Assembly (NCBI GenBank): GCA_026004535.1
Contig: BPJI01000001.1
Span: forward strand, 390,523-429,423
DNA length: 38,901 nucleotides
Source of the DNA: Candidatus Parcubacteria bacterium
Lineage (GTDB): Bacteria > Patescibacteriota > Minisyncoccia > UBA6257 > HR35
Reading direction: 5' to 3'
The notes below the pieces were generated by a model that searched no databases, was not told the origin of the DNA, and saw only the letters and a program-made list of their open reading frames with translations. Positions 1-9,047 of this stretch are shown piece by piece (position 1 is the stretch's first letter; each line of letters opens with the position of its first letter). The position numbers were made by a program, and so were the translations under genes.

Positions 1-2
1 TT

Positions 3-338
3 CTTTACAAAAAATTTGAACCACCAAAATTAAAAAAAGAAGAGATTTTGAATTTAGAAGAAGAAATTAAAAAAATTGAAACAAAAGTGCCTTCTCATAA
101 ATTTATTATTTATGGTAGTAATAAAGATTCTGCTTGGCTTGATTATTTAAGAGCAGTAACAAGAAGAGTTGAAAGAAGAATAGTGAAATTTCTTAGCCAC
201 GGATTTACGCGGATTCCTAAACAGATTAACACTGATGATATTTTAGCTTATCTTAATAGGCTTTCAAGTTATTTTTATGCTTTAGCAAGATTTATCTGTT
301 ATAATAAGAAAATTAAAGAAAAAGAACCTTGGTACTAA
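3..338 (+). CDS. pduO: PduO-type cob(I)alamin adenosyltransferase, 5'-truncated by window edge
   Basis: Frame open from position 3; RAVTRRVERR and YLNRLSSYFYALAR match the PduO/MMAB C-terminal motifs. Confidence 0.8.
   Translation, partial: LYKKFEPPKLKKEEILNLEEEIKKIETKVPSHKFIIYGSNKDSAWLDYLRAVTRRVERRIVKFLSHGFTRIPKQINTDDILAYLNRLSSYFYALARFICYNKKIKEKEPWY
196..237 (+). repeat. CACGGAT-family half element, in frame inside pduO
   Basis: gccacggatttacgcggattcctaaacagattaacactgat, read as SHGFTRIPKQINTD; same motif as 12661-12840. Confidence 0.7.
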
Positions 339-383
339 AATAGAAGGTCGAATTTTATAAAGAAAAATTAAAACCTCAGAAAA

Positions 384-947
384 ATGAATATAGTTTATAT
401 CGTCTTAGGCGTTTTATTTTTGTTTATTATTTATTTGATTTATATCTATAATCGACTTGTTAGTAAAAGAGAGCAAGTTAAAGAATCTTCTTCTGATATT
501 GAAGTTCAACTTAAAAGAAGAGCAGATTTAATTCCTAATTTAGTTGAAACTGTTAAGGGTTATGCTAGTCATGAAAAAGAGGTTTTCGAAAAAGTAACTC
601 AAGCACGAAGTAAAATCTTGGAAGCAAAAACAGTTAAAGAAGGACTGGAAGCAGATAACATGTTAACCTCAGCTTTAAAAACCCTATTTGCAGTGGCTGA
701 AAACTATCCAGATCTAAAAGCTAATCAAAATTTCTTACATTTGCAGCAAGAATTAGTTGATGCTGAAGATAAAATTCAAGCCTCAAGGAGATTTTATAAT
801 GCTGTTTTAAGAGAATATGAAGCTTTCAAACAATCTTTTCCAAATGTTATTATTGCCAATATGTTTAAATTCCCAACTTTTGAATATTATGAACTCGAGG
901 AAGAAGAAAAAACAGCCGCCCAAAAACCTCCTGAAGTAAAATTTTAA
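384..947 (+). CDS. lemA: LemA family protein
   Basis: N-terminal TM helix; QLKRRADLIPNLVETVKGYA, AVAENYPDLKA, RRFYN motifs. Confidence 0.95.
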   Translation: MNIVYIVLGVLFLFIIYLIYIYNRLVSKREQVKESSSDIEVQLKRRADLIPNLVETVKGYASHEKEVFEKVTQARSKILEAKTVKEGLEADNMLTSALKTLFAVAENYPDLKANQNFLHLQQELVDAEDKIQASRRFYNAVLREYEAFKQSFPNVIIANMFKFPTFEYYELEEEEKTAAQKPPEVKF

Positions 948-951
948 AAAC

Positions 952-980
952 TTGACAAAGAAAAATTTTTATGATACTAT
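952..980 (+). promoter_or_regulatory. sigma70-type promoter
   Basis: TTGACA(952-957)-17 nt-TACTAT(975-980) with TG extension at 972-973. Confidence 0.75.
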
Positions 981-1011
981 TTTATTAGAATTCTTAAAAG
1001 AGGTGTAAGCG

Positions 1012-1194
1012 ATGAAAGGTAAGATTTTGCATCGAACAGTAAGATGTGTATGTGGCAACGGCCCCATGGCTCTAGAGTGCCTCATTGGTTCACCGGACAA
1101 CAAAGGAGTTTACCGATCCTATTGGTACCGATGCGATGAATGCGGCAACTGGGCTTTTGTTCGGTTGAACCTTTCGGAGGTATATTATGGATAA
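1012..1194 (+). CDS. Small Cys-rich (zinc-ribbon-like) hypothetical protein
   Basis: SD-like GAGGTG upstream; CVC and CDEC motifs; lies between a promoter and a terminator; GC above background. Confidence 0.55.
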   Translation: MKGKILHRTVRCVCGNGPMALECLIGSPDNKGVYRSYWYRCDECGNWAFVRLNLSEVYYG

Positions 1195-1313
1195 ATCATT
1201 GAGCTCAAGCAAAATCCGATGCAGCTATCCAGGCTGGCGTGGATATTGGGTTGTCAATTCTTTCTCAGTTGTTTAATAGGAAAGGAGGTAAGAAGAACAA
1301 GAAATAAAAATTT

Positions 1314-1342
1314 AAAGCGGAAGGGATTCCTCTCCGTTTTTT
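1314..1342 (+). terminator. Probable intrinsic terminator
   Basis: aaagcggaagggattcctctccgtttttt, imperfect GC stem followed by T run. Confidence 0.6.
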
Positions 1343-1425
1343 GTAAAGAAAAAGTTTGCTAAATAAAAATAATAATTCAAAATCTTAATATGAAGCAAAT
1401 TTTAAACAAAATCTTTTAATAAATT

Positions 1426-1454
1426 TTGACAAATTGCAAATTTTATGATATAAT
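1426..1454 (+). promoter_or_regulatory. Consensus sigma70 promoter
   Basis: TTGACA(1426-1431)-17 nt-TATAAT(1449-1454) with TG at 1446-1447. Confidence 0.85.
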
Positions 1455-1538
1455 ATATAATATTTGTAGGACTCTTAAAATAAAAAAGAAAAGCCGACCC
1501 CCCTTAAATGGGGGCTCTGGCCGGAAAGGAGGTGAACA

Positions 1539-1787
1539 GTGATGGAAGTAGCGATTGCATTGGCGGTAGTTAGCTTGGCCGCCCTGGCCTTTCTGGGGGT
1601 TTATCTTGCCACCAGGAGAAGGCCTGAGTCTATCGAAACTGGTTTCTGGTTCTGGGGAGAGCCCCAAGGCCAATTCCATGAGATCGTAGCTGGCCTCTGG
1701 GACCCCCAGCAGGGAGTTCTGGAGGGTCGGCTGGAAGCACGTCATGGTGCCTCGACCCTCAGGGAGTCTATCTCCCGGAGGGTCTGA
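1539..1787 (+). CDS. Small membrane-anchored hypothetical protein, GC-rich
   Basis: Strong SD AAGGAGGTGA; GTG 1539 or ATG 1542; N-terminal hydrophobic helix then RRR; about 60% GC in counted lines. Confidence 0.6.
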   Translation: MMEVAIALAVVSLAALAFLGVYLATRRRPESIETGFWFWGEPQGQFHEIVAGLWDPQQGVLEGRLEARHGASTLRESISRRV

Positions 1788-1814
1788 TTGGTCTGACCCT
1801 CGGCCCGCCACGAT

Positions 1815-1850
1815 GGGGTGAGTCTTATGACTCACCCCTTTTTGTTTTTT
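1815..1850 (+). terminator. Intrinsic terminator
   Basis: Perfect 10-bp stem ggggtgagtc-ttat-gactcacccc followed by tttttgtttttt. Confidence 0.9.
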
Positions 1851-1932
1851 AAAAAATTTGGGTTAAAATTAATATTGAACCACTTAGGGCTCGGGGTTAT
1901 CTTCAACCCCCACGTGATTTGGGATAAAATAA

Positions 1933-3153
1933 ATGAGTCCAGAAGGTTTGCAAATGAAATCAGTAGAGACATTAGAGAAAGAAAAAAGATTAGAGATTTT
2001 GCCAGAAAGACAAAGAAGAATTTACGAGACTTTTTTAGATTCTATAGATAAAATAAAAACAAAAGCACATCAAAAAATAATTGAGTTTAAAAGGATAAAC
2101 AATCGAGAACCAACACGTGATGAATTAAACTCCCTCTTTTATGAAAATCCTGAGTTTCAAAAATATTACAATTTTACAAAGAATGTTTTATTAATTTTAG
2201 ATGTTCCAGCAGAAAGCATTATTCGGGATTTAGTCATGGAAGGCAAAATTGAAACAACAGCTTTATCAAAAGATTATAAAAAGGCTGTTGATACTTTCTA
2301 TTATTTACTTTTGACTTCAACGACAACTGGAGAAATCAATGAAGATGAAATAAAAAAACAATTACGCAACTTAACACCAGAAACCATGGAAAGGATCGGA
2401 AATATATGGGAAAACAATTCTGAAGGTTTATTATTTAATTTTTCTGATCTACCCGATGAAGAAGTTAAAAAACTAAAAGAAAGCGCAGGAGAAGTGAAGA
2501 TGTCAATAGAAACTGACAAGGATTTTATTTTTTTAGAGCCAAAAGCTGATTTTTGGTTAGTAAGATGGAAATTAGAGAAAGAACCTGAAGAAGCATCTTT
2601 TGCTACTGAATTACTTAAAGCAGCTGAAAAAATGAGACAATTAGATGAGAGATTAAGTAAAGTTAAGTTTCCTAAAGAAGTCAGGGATGTTTTATTAGAA
2701 AAAGATGAAGTAAGAAGAAATGAAAAACTGGAAAATATTAATAAGGAAGATGCTGGTTTGGGTGCTTTGATTAGAATTATCTTAAACATAGAAGGCAATT
2801 TAAAAGAAATATTTGAAAAGATTAAGAGTCTAAAAGAATTAGAGAAGACAACATCGCCTGAGGAACTCGCTCGTTTAAGAGAGGATATAAGAAATAAATT
2901 TCAAAAAGAGATAGAAAGTTATGAAAAAGCCATAGAAGAATTAGAGAAAAGATACGGAACATCTTATCAACTGGATAAAGAAATTTCTAAGAGATTGCAT
3001 GAAAGAATAGGTAGTTGGTTCAAAGAAAAAGGTCCAATAATTTTAAGTGGTTTAGGACTTTGGGGATTGGCAATTGGTTGGTTTTTACCGTTGGGTATAA
3101 TAGCTGTTTTGAATAAATATATAAGTGAAAATCTTTTAAAAGAGAAAAGATAA
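1933..3153 (+). CDS. Hypothetical E/K-rich coiled-coil protein with C-terminal transmembrane segment
   Basis: 406-aa ORF, host-like codon usage, hydrophobic stretch GPIILSGLGLWGLAIGWFLPLGIIAVL near the C terminus. Confidence 0.8.
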   Translation: MSPEGLQMKSVETLEKEKRLEILPERQRRIYETFLDSIDKIKTKAHQKIIEFKRINNREPTRDELNSLFYENPEFQKYYNFTKNVLLILDVPAESIIRDLVMEGKIETTALSKDYKKAVDTFYYLLLTSTTTGEINEDEIKKQLRNLTPETMERIGNIWENNSEGLLFNFSDLPDEEVKKLKESAGEVKMSIETDKDFIFLEPKADFWLVRWKLEKEPEEASFATELLKAAEKMRQLDERLSKVKFPKEVRDVLLEKDEVRRNEKLENINKEDAGLGALIRIILNIEGNLKEIFEKIKSLKELEKTTSPEELARLREDIRNKFQKEIESYEKAIEELEKRYGTSYQLDKEISKRLHERIGSWFKEKGPIILSGLGLWGLAIGWFLPLGIIAVLNKYISENLLKEKR

Positions 3154-3190
3154 TCGAAAATAATTTTTATAAAAAATAAAAAGGCAGTTC

Positions 3191-3219
3191 ATGATACTAT
3201 AAATTTTTATTTTTGTCAA
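3191..3219 (-). promoter_or_regulatory. Possible antisense-facing sigma70 promoter
   Basis: Minus strand TTGACA(3219-3214)-17 nt-TATCAT(3196-3191). Confidence 0.45.
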
Positions 3220-3230
3220 GAGATGTGAAT

Positions 3231-3304
3231 TCGGGGCAGTGGGACTCGAACCCACAACCTCTGGCTCCCAAAGCCAGTGCGCTAACCAATTGCGCTATGC
3301 CCCG
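3231..3304 (-). tRNA. tRNA-Pro(TGG)
   Basis: Reverse complement folds as a cloverleaf: cggggca acceptor, ctggc-tt-TGG-ga-gccag anticodon arm, GTTCGAG T loop; no encoded CCA. Confidence 0.95.
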
Positions 3305-3367
3305 TAATCAGCTTCTCAGCTTATTATCTTCGTAGCTTTTAATTTTTTAATTATACCATAAATTTTT

Positions 3368-3393
3368 AGTTAACGAATTCCAGTTAACGAGTT
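3368..3393. repeat. CGAATT-family short repeat between divergent tRNA-Pro and htpX promoters
   Basis: agttaacgaattccagttaacgagtt; same motif as 9746, 10376 and 26357. Confidence 0.55.
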
Positions 3394-3424
3394 TATTTTT
3401 TGTGATATAATTTTAATAATAAAA

Positions 3425-4318
3425 ATGAAAACAGCTTATAGTGTGGTGGCAGAAAATAATTTTAGAACTTTGTTTTTGATGACAATGTTTTTGGTTTTAG
3501 TTTTTGGTTTAGGTTATATTTTTAGTTATTTACTACAAAATAGAGAAATTTTTTATGGTGCAGTAATTTTTGGTGTTTTAGTTAATTTGTTTTCTTTATT
3601 GTGGGGAGATAAAATAACTTTAGCTTTAACTGGTGCTAGAGAAATTAAAAAAGAAGATTTGCCTGAAGTTTATCGACTGGTTGAAAATTTAGCAATTACT
3701 GCTGGGCTGCCAACAACACCAAAAGTTTATTTAATTGATTCACCTGCTTTGAATGCTTTTGCAACTGGTAGATCACCAAAAAATTCGGTCGTTGCTTTAA
3801 CTACGGGAATCATTGAAAAATTAAACAAAGAAGAGCTTGAAGGAGTGATTGCTCATGAAATCTCTCATATTAAAAATTTAGATATTCGAGTAATGATGAT
3901 AGCTACGATTTTAGCGGGAATAATTGCCATTATGGCCGATTTATTTCTAAGAATGACTTTTGCGGGAAGTAGAGATAGAGACAAAAGTAATGCTTTATTT
4001 CTCTTAATTGGTTTTGTTTTGGCTATATTAGCACCAATTTTTGCTCAATTAATTACCTTGGCAATTTCAAGAAAAAGAGAGTTTATGGCTGATGCTTCTG
4101 GAGCATTACTAACGCGAAATCCAGAAGGTTTAGCTTCGGCTTTAGAAAAAATTTCAGCTTCAACAATATCTCTAGATACTTCACCAGCAACTGCTCATTT
4201 ATTTATTGTTAATCCATTTAAGGATAAAAAAGGGTTTATTACTTGGTTAGGCAATTTATTTTCAACCCACCCACCAGTTGAAGAAAGAATTAAAGTTTTA
4301 AGAGGAATGATTATTTAA
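3425..4318 (+). CDS. htpX: Zinc metalloprotease HtpX (M48)
   Basis: NAFATG, HEISH zinc motif, REFMADA, STHPP; TM helices. Confidence 0.95.
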   Translation: MKTAYSVVAENNFRTLFLMTMFLVLVFGLGYIFSYLLQNREIFYGAVIFGVLVNLFSLLWGDKITLALTGAREIKKEDLPEVYRLVENLAITAGLPTTPKVYLIDSPALNAFATGRSPKNSVVALTTGIIEKLNKEELEGVIAHEISHIKNLDIRVMMIATILAGIIAIMADLFLRMTFAGSRDRDKSNALFLLIGFVLAILAPIFAQLITLAISRKREFMADASGALLTRNPEGLASALEKISASTISLDTSPATAHLFIVNPFKDKKGFITWLGNLFSTHPPVEERIKVLRGMII

Positions 4319-4324
4319 AAGTGT

Positions 4325-4410
4325 TACAGAATTTACGCAGAACCCTCAGGAAAATTCAGCAAGTTCAACGTCGGTTCTGCGCAGTTCCGTGTCAGTTCAG
4401 TTAGTTCTGT
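4325..4410. repeat. CAGAAC-family fold-back element, intergenic
   Basis: acagaattt/cgcagaacc units followed by inverted gttctgcg/agttccgt/agttctgt units. Confidence 0.75.
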
Positions 4411-4421
4411 GATTAAAAATA

Positions 4422-7400
4422 ATGAATTTACCCGAGATAGAAAAAAGGATAATAAATTTTTGGAAGTCAGCTGAGATATTCGAGAAATCATTAAGAAAGA
4501 ATTTTAAAAAGAAAAGATTTAATTGGATCGAAGGACCTCCTTATGCTAATGACAAACCTCATATGGGTCATTTTTTGACTCGTATTTATAAAGATTCAAT
4601 TTTAAGATTTTTCTCAATGCTTGGTTATTATGTGCCTCGAAGAGCTGGCTGGGATACTCATGGGCTTCCAATTGAAGTTGCAACTGAAAAATTGTTAGGT
4701 TTTAGAGATAAAAAAGAGGTTATCAGTTATGGTATTGATAAATTTAATGAAAAATGTAAGGAACTAGTGATGAAATTTAAAGATGCTTGGGAGAAGATGG
4801 ACGAAAGAATGGGATTTTGGCTTGATCATAAAAATGCTTATGTAACCTATGATCCATTTTATATGGAAAGCGCTTGGTGGATTATTAGAGAAATTCATAG
4901 AAAAGGATTATTAAAAGAAGAATATCGAGTTGCTCCCTACTGTCCAAGATGTGAAACTGTTTTAGCTCAAGCAGAATTGGGTATGCCAGATGCTTACAAA
5001 GAAGTAAAGGATCCAAGTGTTTGTGTGAAATTTAGAATTGCTCAGAACTACTCAGAACTAACACGGAACTTACAGAACAATAAAAATGTAAAACTTAAAG
5101 AATCAACGCAGAACTCGCAGAAATACTCTGTTAGTTCTGTGTTATCTTCTGCTAGTTCTACGAAAGATGAGTATTTGCTTGTTTGGACAACTACGCCTTG
5201 GACATTACCAGGAAATTTAGCCTTAGCTGTTCATCCAGATTTTGATTACTATTTGTACGAAACTCCCAAAGGAAAAATTTGGACTCATCAAAAATTAGAA
5301 GAATTTAAAATTTTAAAACAAGTAAAAGGTAGAGACTTGGTTGGTTTAAAATACGAGCCTCTTTTTAAGATTGAAAATTTTGATATAAAAGAAAATCATT
5401 ACAAGGTGTATCCAGCAACATTTGTTAAAGAAGATGAAGGAACCGGTATTGTTCATATTGCTCCATCTTATGGTGAAGAAGATTTTGAATTAGGCGAAAA
5501 ACATAAGTTAGGGATTATTAATTATTTAGATGAAAAAGGAAGATTTAAAGAAGAAATAATACCGAGTATAAGAGGATTATTCTTCAAGGAAGCAGATAAA
5601 TTAATTTTTGAAAATTTAAAAGAAAGAGGTTTAATTTTTGAAGGAAGTTTAGATGGCTATCTACATGACTATCCTCATTGCTGGCGCTGTAAAACTCCTC
5701 TGATTTATTATGCTACTAAATATTGGGTTATTAAGGTTTCAGAAATAAAAAATAAAATTATTGAAAATAATAAAAATGTAAATTGGTTACCATCATCAGC
5801 TGGCAATCGTTTTTATGAATGGATTAAAGAAGGAAAAGATTGGAATTTATCGCGGACAAGATTTTGGGGTATTCCGCTTCCAATTTGGAAATGTGATCAA
5901 TGCAATCAACTAAAAGTAATTGGCAGTTTAAAAGAATTAGCCTTTTATAAAAAAGCTAATAATAATTATTATTTAATGAGACATTGTGATGCTTTGTCAA
6001 CTCAGAAAAATTTTCTTTCTGGTTATCCAGAAAATGTTTTTAACCCTTTAACTCGTAAAGGTGTTTTAGACGCTAAGCAAAAAGCAAAAAGTTTAAAAGG
6101 CAAAATTGATTTAATTTATGCTTCACCAATCCTAAGAGCTAAACAAACAGCAATGATTATTGCTGATGAATTAAAAGTACCTTTGTTTATTGATGAAAGA
6201 TTAAGAGAAATTGATATGGGGATTTTGCAAAATAAGCCTTATGAAGAATTTGATAAATATATTGTTGATAAAATAACTGGTAAAAGAGATTTGACAAAAA
6301 AAATTGAAAATGGAGAAAGTTTGGAAGATGTTAGAAAAAGAGCGATTAATTTTGTTTTAGACTTAGAAAAAATTTATCGAGGTAAAAATATTTTAATTGT
6401 TTCCCATGGTGGTGTTTTGTGGATGTTAGAAGGAGAAATGAAAGCTTTAAGTTCTGAACAGATTAGAAATTTTGAAGTTAAAAATTATGAATTGGGAGAA
6501 ATAAGAAAAGTTGATTTATTAATTGTCCCTCGCGATGGAGAAGGGAAGATAAATCTTCATCGTCCTTATGTTGATGAATTTGTTTGGCAGTGTAAATGTG
6601 GTGGTTGGTATAAGAGAATTCAAGAAATAGCAGATATTTGGTTTGATTCTGGTTGCGCTTCATTTTCTGCTTATCATTATCCATTTGAAAACAAAAAAGA
6701 AATTGATCAAGGAATGATTTTTCCTCAAGATTTTATAATTGAAGGCATCGATCAAACCCGAGGTTGGTTTTATACTTTATTAGTAATCAGTAGTTTAATA
6801 AAAAACAAAGCTCCTTATAAAAATGTTTTAGCAACCGGTCTTGTTTTAGATGAGAAGGGAATAAAGATGTCAAAATCTTTGGGTAATGTTGTTGACCCAA
6901 TGGAAATAATGGAAAAATATGGCGCTGATGTTTGTCGTTTTTATTTGTTTTATCTAAATGAAGTTGGTGATAATAAAAGTTTTAATGAGGAAGAAGTTAA
7001 AAAATTAAAAAATGAATTTTTTGACTTATTATTTAATGTTTTGAGGTTTTATAAATTTTATTACCAGGAAATCAATCTTAAACAATCGGTAAACTTGTCG
7101 GGAAATGTTCTTGATTTATGGTTTAACGCTCGCATAAAAGAAAGTTATGCTAAATATTATGAAGCAATGACGAATTATAATCTTCATAAAGCTTCAAGAT
7201 TTTTAGTCGAGCTTTTAAATGATTTTTCTCGCTGGTGGTTAAGAAGGTCAAGAGAAAGATTTCAAAATCCAAAAGATAAAAAAGAATTACAAATTGCTTT
7301 AATTAATTTTGAAAATTTATTTTATCAATTTTTAAAAATGTTAACTCCTCTTTCACCATTTATGAGTGAATATCTTTATCAAGAAATTAAAGATGAATTA

Positions 7401-7985
7401 AGAAAAAGAATGCCAGTTGAGGAAAGTATTCACTTGGCTAATTTAGGTAAACCAATTAAGCTTTCAGCTAAAGAAAAATTATTATTAATCGAAATGGAAA
7501 AAATAAGAGAATTAGCAAGTGAAGTGCATAGGTTAAGAAAAGAAAAGGGAATTAAAGTGAGACAGCCATTAAAAACATTAATTTTAAAAACTAAATTTTC
7601 TCCAGAAGTTTTAGAAGTTTTAAAAGATGAAGTTAATGTTTTAGAAATAAAGATTAATCCTAAGCAAATAGAAGAAATAATTTTAGATTTTGAAATTACT
7701 CCTGAACTCAAAGAAATTGGGATTTTAAATGATTTTGTCAGATTTATTCAAGATTTAAGACAAAATGCCGGTTTGACTCCTAAAGAAATTGTTAAGGTAA
7801 AAATTGAAGCAAATAAAATATTGATGAATATTTTAAATAAAAGAATGAAAGAATTAGAAAAAAGGACAAAGGTTGTTTTTCTGCATAAGTCAGCGTCTAG
7901 CCTACGTAAGTCAGCGTTATTATCAGAAAAAGAATTTAATTATGAAAATTTTGGTAAAGTAAAAATTAATTTATTTCGAAAATAG
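4422..7985 (+). CDS. ileS: Isoleucine-tRNA ligase (type 2) with inserted histidine-phosphatase domain
   Basis: GPPYAN..HMGH, GWDTHGLP, WTTTPWTLP, DWNLSRTRFWG, EGIDQTRGWF, KMSKS; inserted domain RHC...SPILRAKQTA...GES...VSHGG at about 5958-6512. Confidence 0.95.
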   Translation: MNLPEIEKRIINFWKSAEIFEKSLRKNFKKKRFNWIEGPPYANDKPHMGHFLTRIYKDSILRFFSMLGYYVPRRAGWDTHGLPIEVATEKLLGFRDKKEVISYGIDKFNEKCKELVMKFKDAWEKMDERMGFWLDHKNAYVTYDPFYMESAWWIIREIHRKGLLKEEYRVAPYCPRCETVLAQAELGMPDAYKEVKDPSVCVKFRIAQNYSELTRNLQNNKNVKLKESTQNSQKYSVSSVLSSASSTKDEYLLVWTTTPWTLPGNLALAVHPDFDYYLYETPKGKIWTHQKLEEFKILKQVKGRDLVGLKYEPLFKIENFDIKENHYKVYPATFVKEDEGTGIVHIAPSYGEEDFELGEKHKLGIINYLDEKGRFKEEIIPSIRGLFFKEADKLIFENLKERGLIFEGSLDGYLHDYPHCWRCKTPLIYYATKYWVIKVSEIKNKIIENNKNVNWLPSSAGNRFYEWIKEGKDWNLSRTRFWGIPLPIWKCDQCNQLKVIGSLKELAFYKKANNNYYLMRHCDALSTQKNFLSGYPENVFNPLTRKGVLDAKQKAKSLKGKIDLIYASPILRAKQTAMIIADELKVPLFIDERLREIDMGILQNKPYEEFDKYIVDKITGKRDLTKKIENGESLEDVRKRAINFVLDLEKIYRGKNILIVSHGGVLWMLEGEMKALSSEQIRNFEVKNYELGEIRKVDLLIVPRDGEGKINLHRPYVDEFVWQCKCGGWYKRIQEIADIWFDSGCASFSAYHYPFENKKEIDQGMIFPQDFIIEGIDQTRGWFYTLLVISSLIKNKAPYKNVLATGLVLDEKGIKMSKSLGNVVDPMEIMEKYGADVCRFYLFYLNEVGDNKSFNEEEVKKLKNEFFDLLFNVLRFYKFYYQEINLKQSVNLSGNVLDLWFNARIKESYAKYYEAMTNYNLHKASRFLVELLNDFSRWWLRRSRERFQNPKDKKELQIALINFENLFYQFLKMLTPLSPFMSEYLYQEIKDELRKRMPVEESIHLANLGKPIKLSAKEKLLLIEMEKIRELASEVHRLRKEKGIKVRQPLKTLILKTKFSPEVLEVLKDEVNVLEIKINPKQIEEIILDFEITPELKEIGILNDFVRFIQDLRQNAGLTPKEIVKVKIEANKILMNILNKRMKELEKRTKVVFLHKSASSLRKSALLSEKEFNYENFGKVKINLFRK
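5033..5160. repeat. CAGAAC-family fold-back element, in frame inside ileS
   Basis: ctcagaacta ctcagaacta acacggaact tacagaac ... agttctgt ... agttcta; adds about 40 aa between VKF and YLLVWTTT. Confidence 0.85.
7881..7918 (+). repeat. Right-arm-type half element in the ileS 3' end
   Basis: taagtcagcgt twice, 21 nt apart; read as HKSASSLRKSA. Confidence 0.55.
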
Positions 7986-8012
7986 GAACTTATTATGTAG
8001 TGTTATTTATAA

Positions 8013-8277
8013 TTTACCCGGATAACCAACCGGATAGATTACCCGGATGAATACCGGATAAAAATATTACCCGGATGAATATCGGATTAAAAATATTTTA
8101 TGAATCATCCGGTCTAAATCTGGGTAGCTATTATCCGATTTACATCCGGGTAATTATATCCGGTTTAAATCCGGGTAACCTATCCGGTAAAAATCCGGGT
8201 GATATTATCCGGTTATAATCCGGGTAACTTATCCGGTTATAATCCGAGTAGTTCTATCCGGTTTATATCCGGGTAAA
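8013..8277. repeat. CCGGAT-family fold-back element (copy 1)
   Basis: Units TACCCGGAT-N4-ACCGGAT, AT-rich centre at about 8088-8106, then inverted units ATCCGGT-N4-ATCCGGGTA. Confidence 0.95.
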
Positions 8278-8288
8278 AATTTAAAATA

Positions 8289-9047
8289 ATGGATTTTGAT
8301 ACTAAATACAATTTAATGAAGACAGCAGGAGCGATATTAGCTGAAATATTATTTAATCTAGAAAAAGAAGTTAAAGAGGGTGTTGAACTTAAAAAATTAG
8401 ATAATTTAGCAGAAGAAATGATAAGAAGTTATAATGCTGAACCAGCTTTTAAAAATTATAAAGCCCCATTTGCTAAAAGTGTTTATCCTTATACTCTCTG
8501 CATTTCTTTAAATGATGTTATTGTTCATGGTTATCCTCAAGAAAAAGTTTATTTTAAAAATGGTGATGTTGTTAAATTAGATCTTGGTCTTAAATATCAA
8601 GGAGTGTATGTCGATTCAGCTTTAACAACCTATGTTGGCGAAGTTGGCGAAGAAATAAAAAATTTAATTTTAGTAACTAAAAAAGCCTTAAAAAATGCTA
8701 TTGATGTTGCTTTACCTGGAAGAACCTTAGGAGACATTGGTTGGTGTATTGAAACAACAATTGAGGATGCTGGTTTTAAAGTTATAAAAAATCTTTGTGG
8801 TCATGATATTGGAGAATTTTTGCATGGAGAACTGCAAGTCTTAAATTTTGGTGATCCAGGAAAAGGTAAAAAAATTTTACCAGGAATGTTCTTTACAATT
8901 GAACCAATGGCATCAATTAATAGCGAAAATGCTATTGCTGACGATGATTATGTCTATAAAACAGAAGATGGAAACATAGGTACTCATTTTGAAGCAACGA
9001 TTGTTATTCTAGAAAACAAAAATGAAATTTTAACTCCGATTATTTAA
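8289..9047 (+). CDS. map: Methionine aminopeptidase type I
   Basis: CISLNDVIVHG, DLG...DSA, GHDIG..LH, TIEPM, HFEAT metal ligands. Confidence 0.95.
   Translation: MDFDTKYNLMKTAGAILAEILFNLEKEVKEGVELKKLDNLAEEMIRSYNAEPAFKNYKAPFAKSVYPYTLCISLNDVIVHGYPQEKVYFKNGDVVKLDLGLKYQGVYVDSALTTYVGEVGEEIKNLILVTKKALKNAIDVALPGRTLGDIGWCIETTIEDAGFKVIKNLCGHDIGEFLHGELQVLNFGDPGKGKKILPGMFFTIEPMASINSENAIADDDYVYKTEDGNIGTHFEATIVILENKNEILTPII

Noticed and set aside
345-352. GGTCG motif upstream of lemA (also near 24278) as an alternative translation signal
   Set aside because: Too few instances in this window to support.
1883-1910. ggggtt/aacccc hairpin as a tRNA-Pro att duplicate or ncRNA
   Set aside because: Only about 6 nt match the tRNA end and the stem is short; insufficient evidence.
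5958-6512. Intein explaining the long IleRS
   Set aside because: No intein terminal motifs (C/S start, HN end); the insert carries phosphatase motifs.
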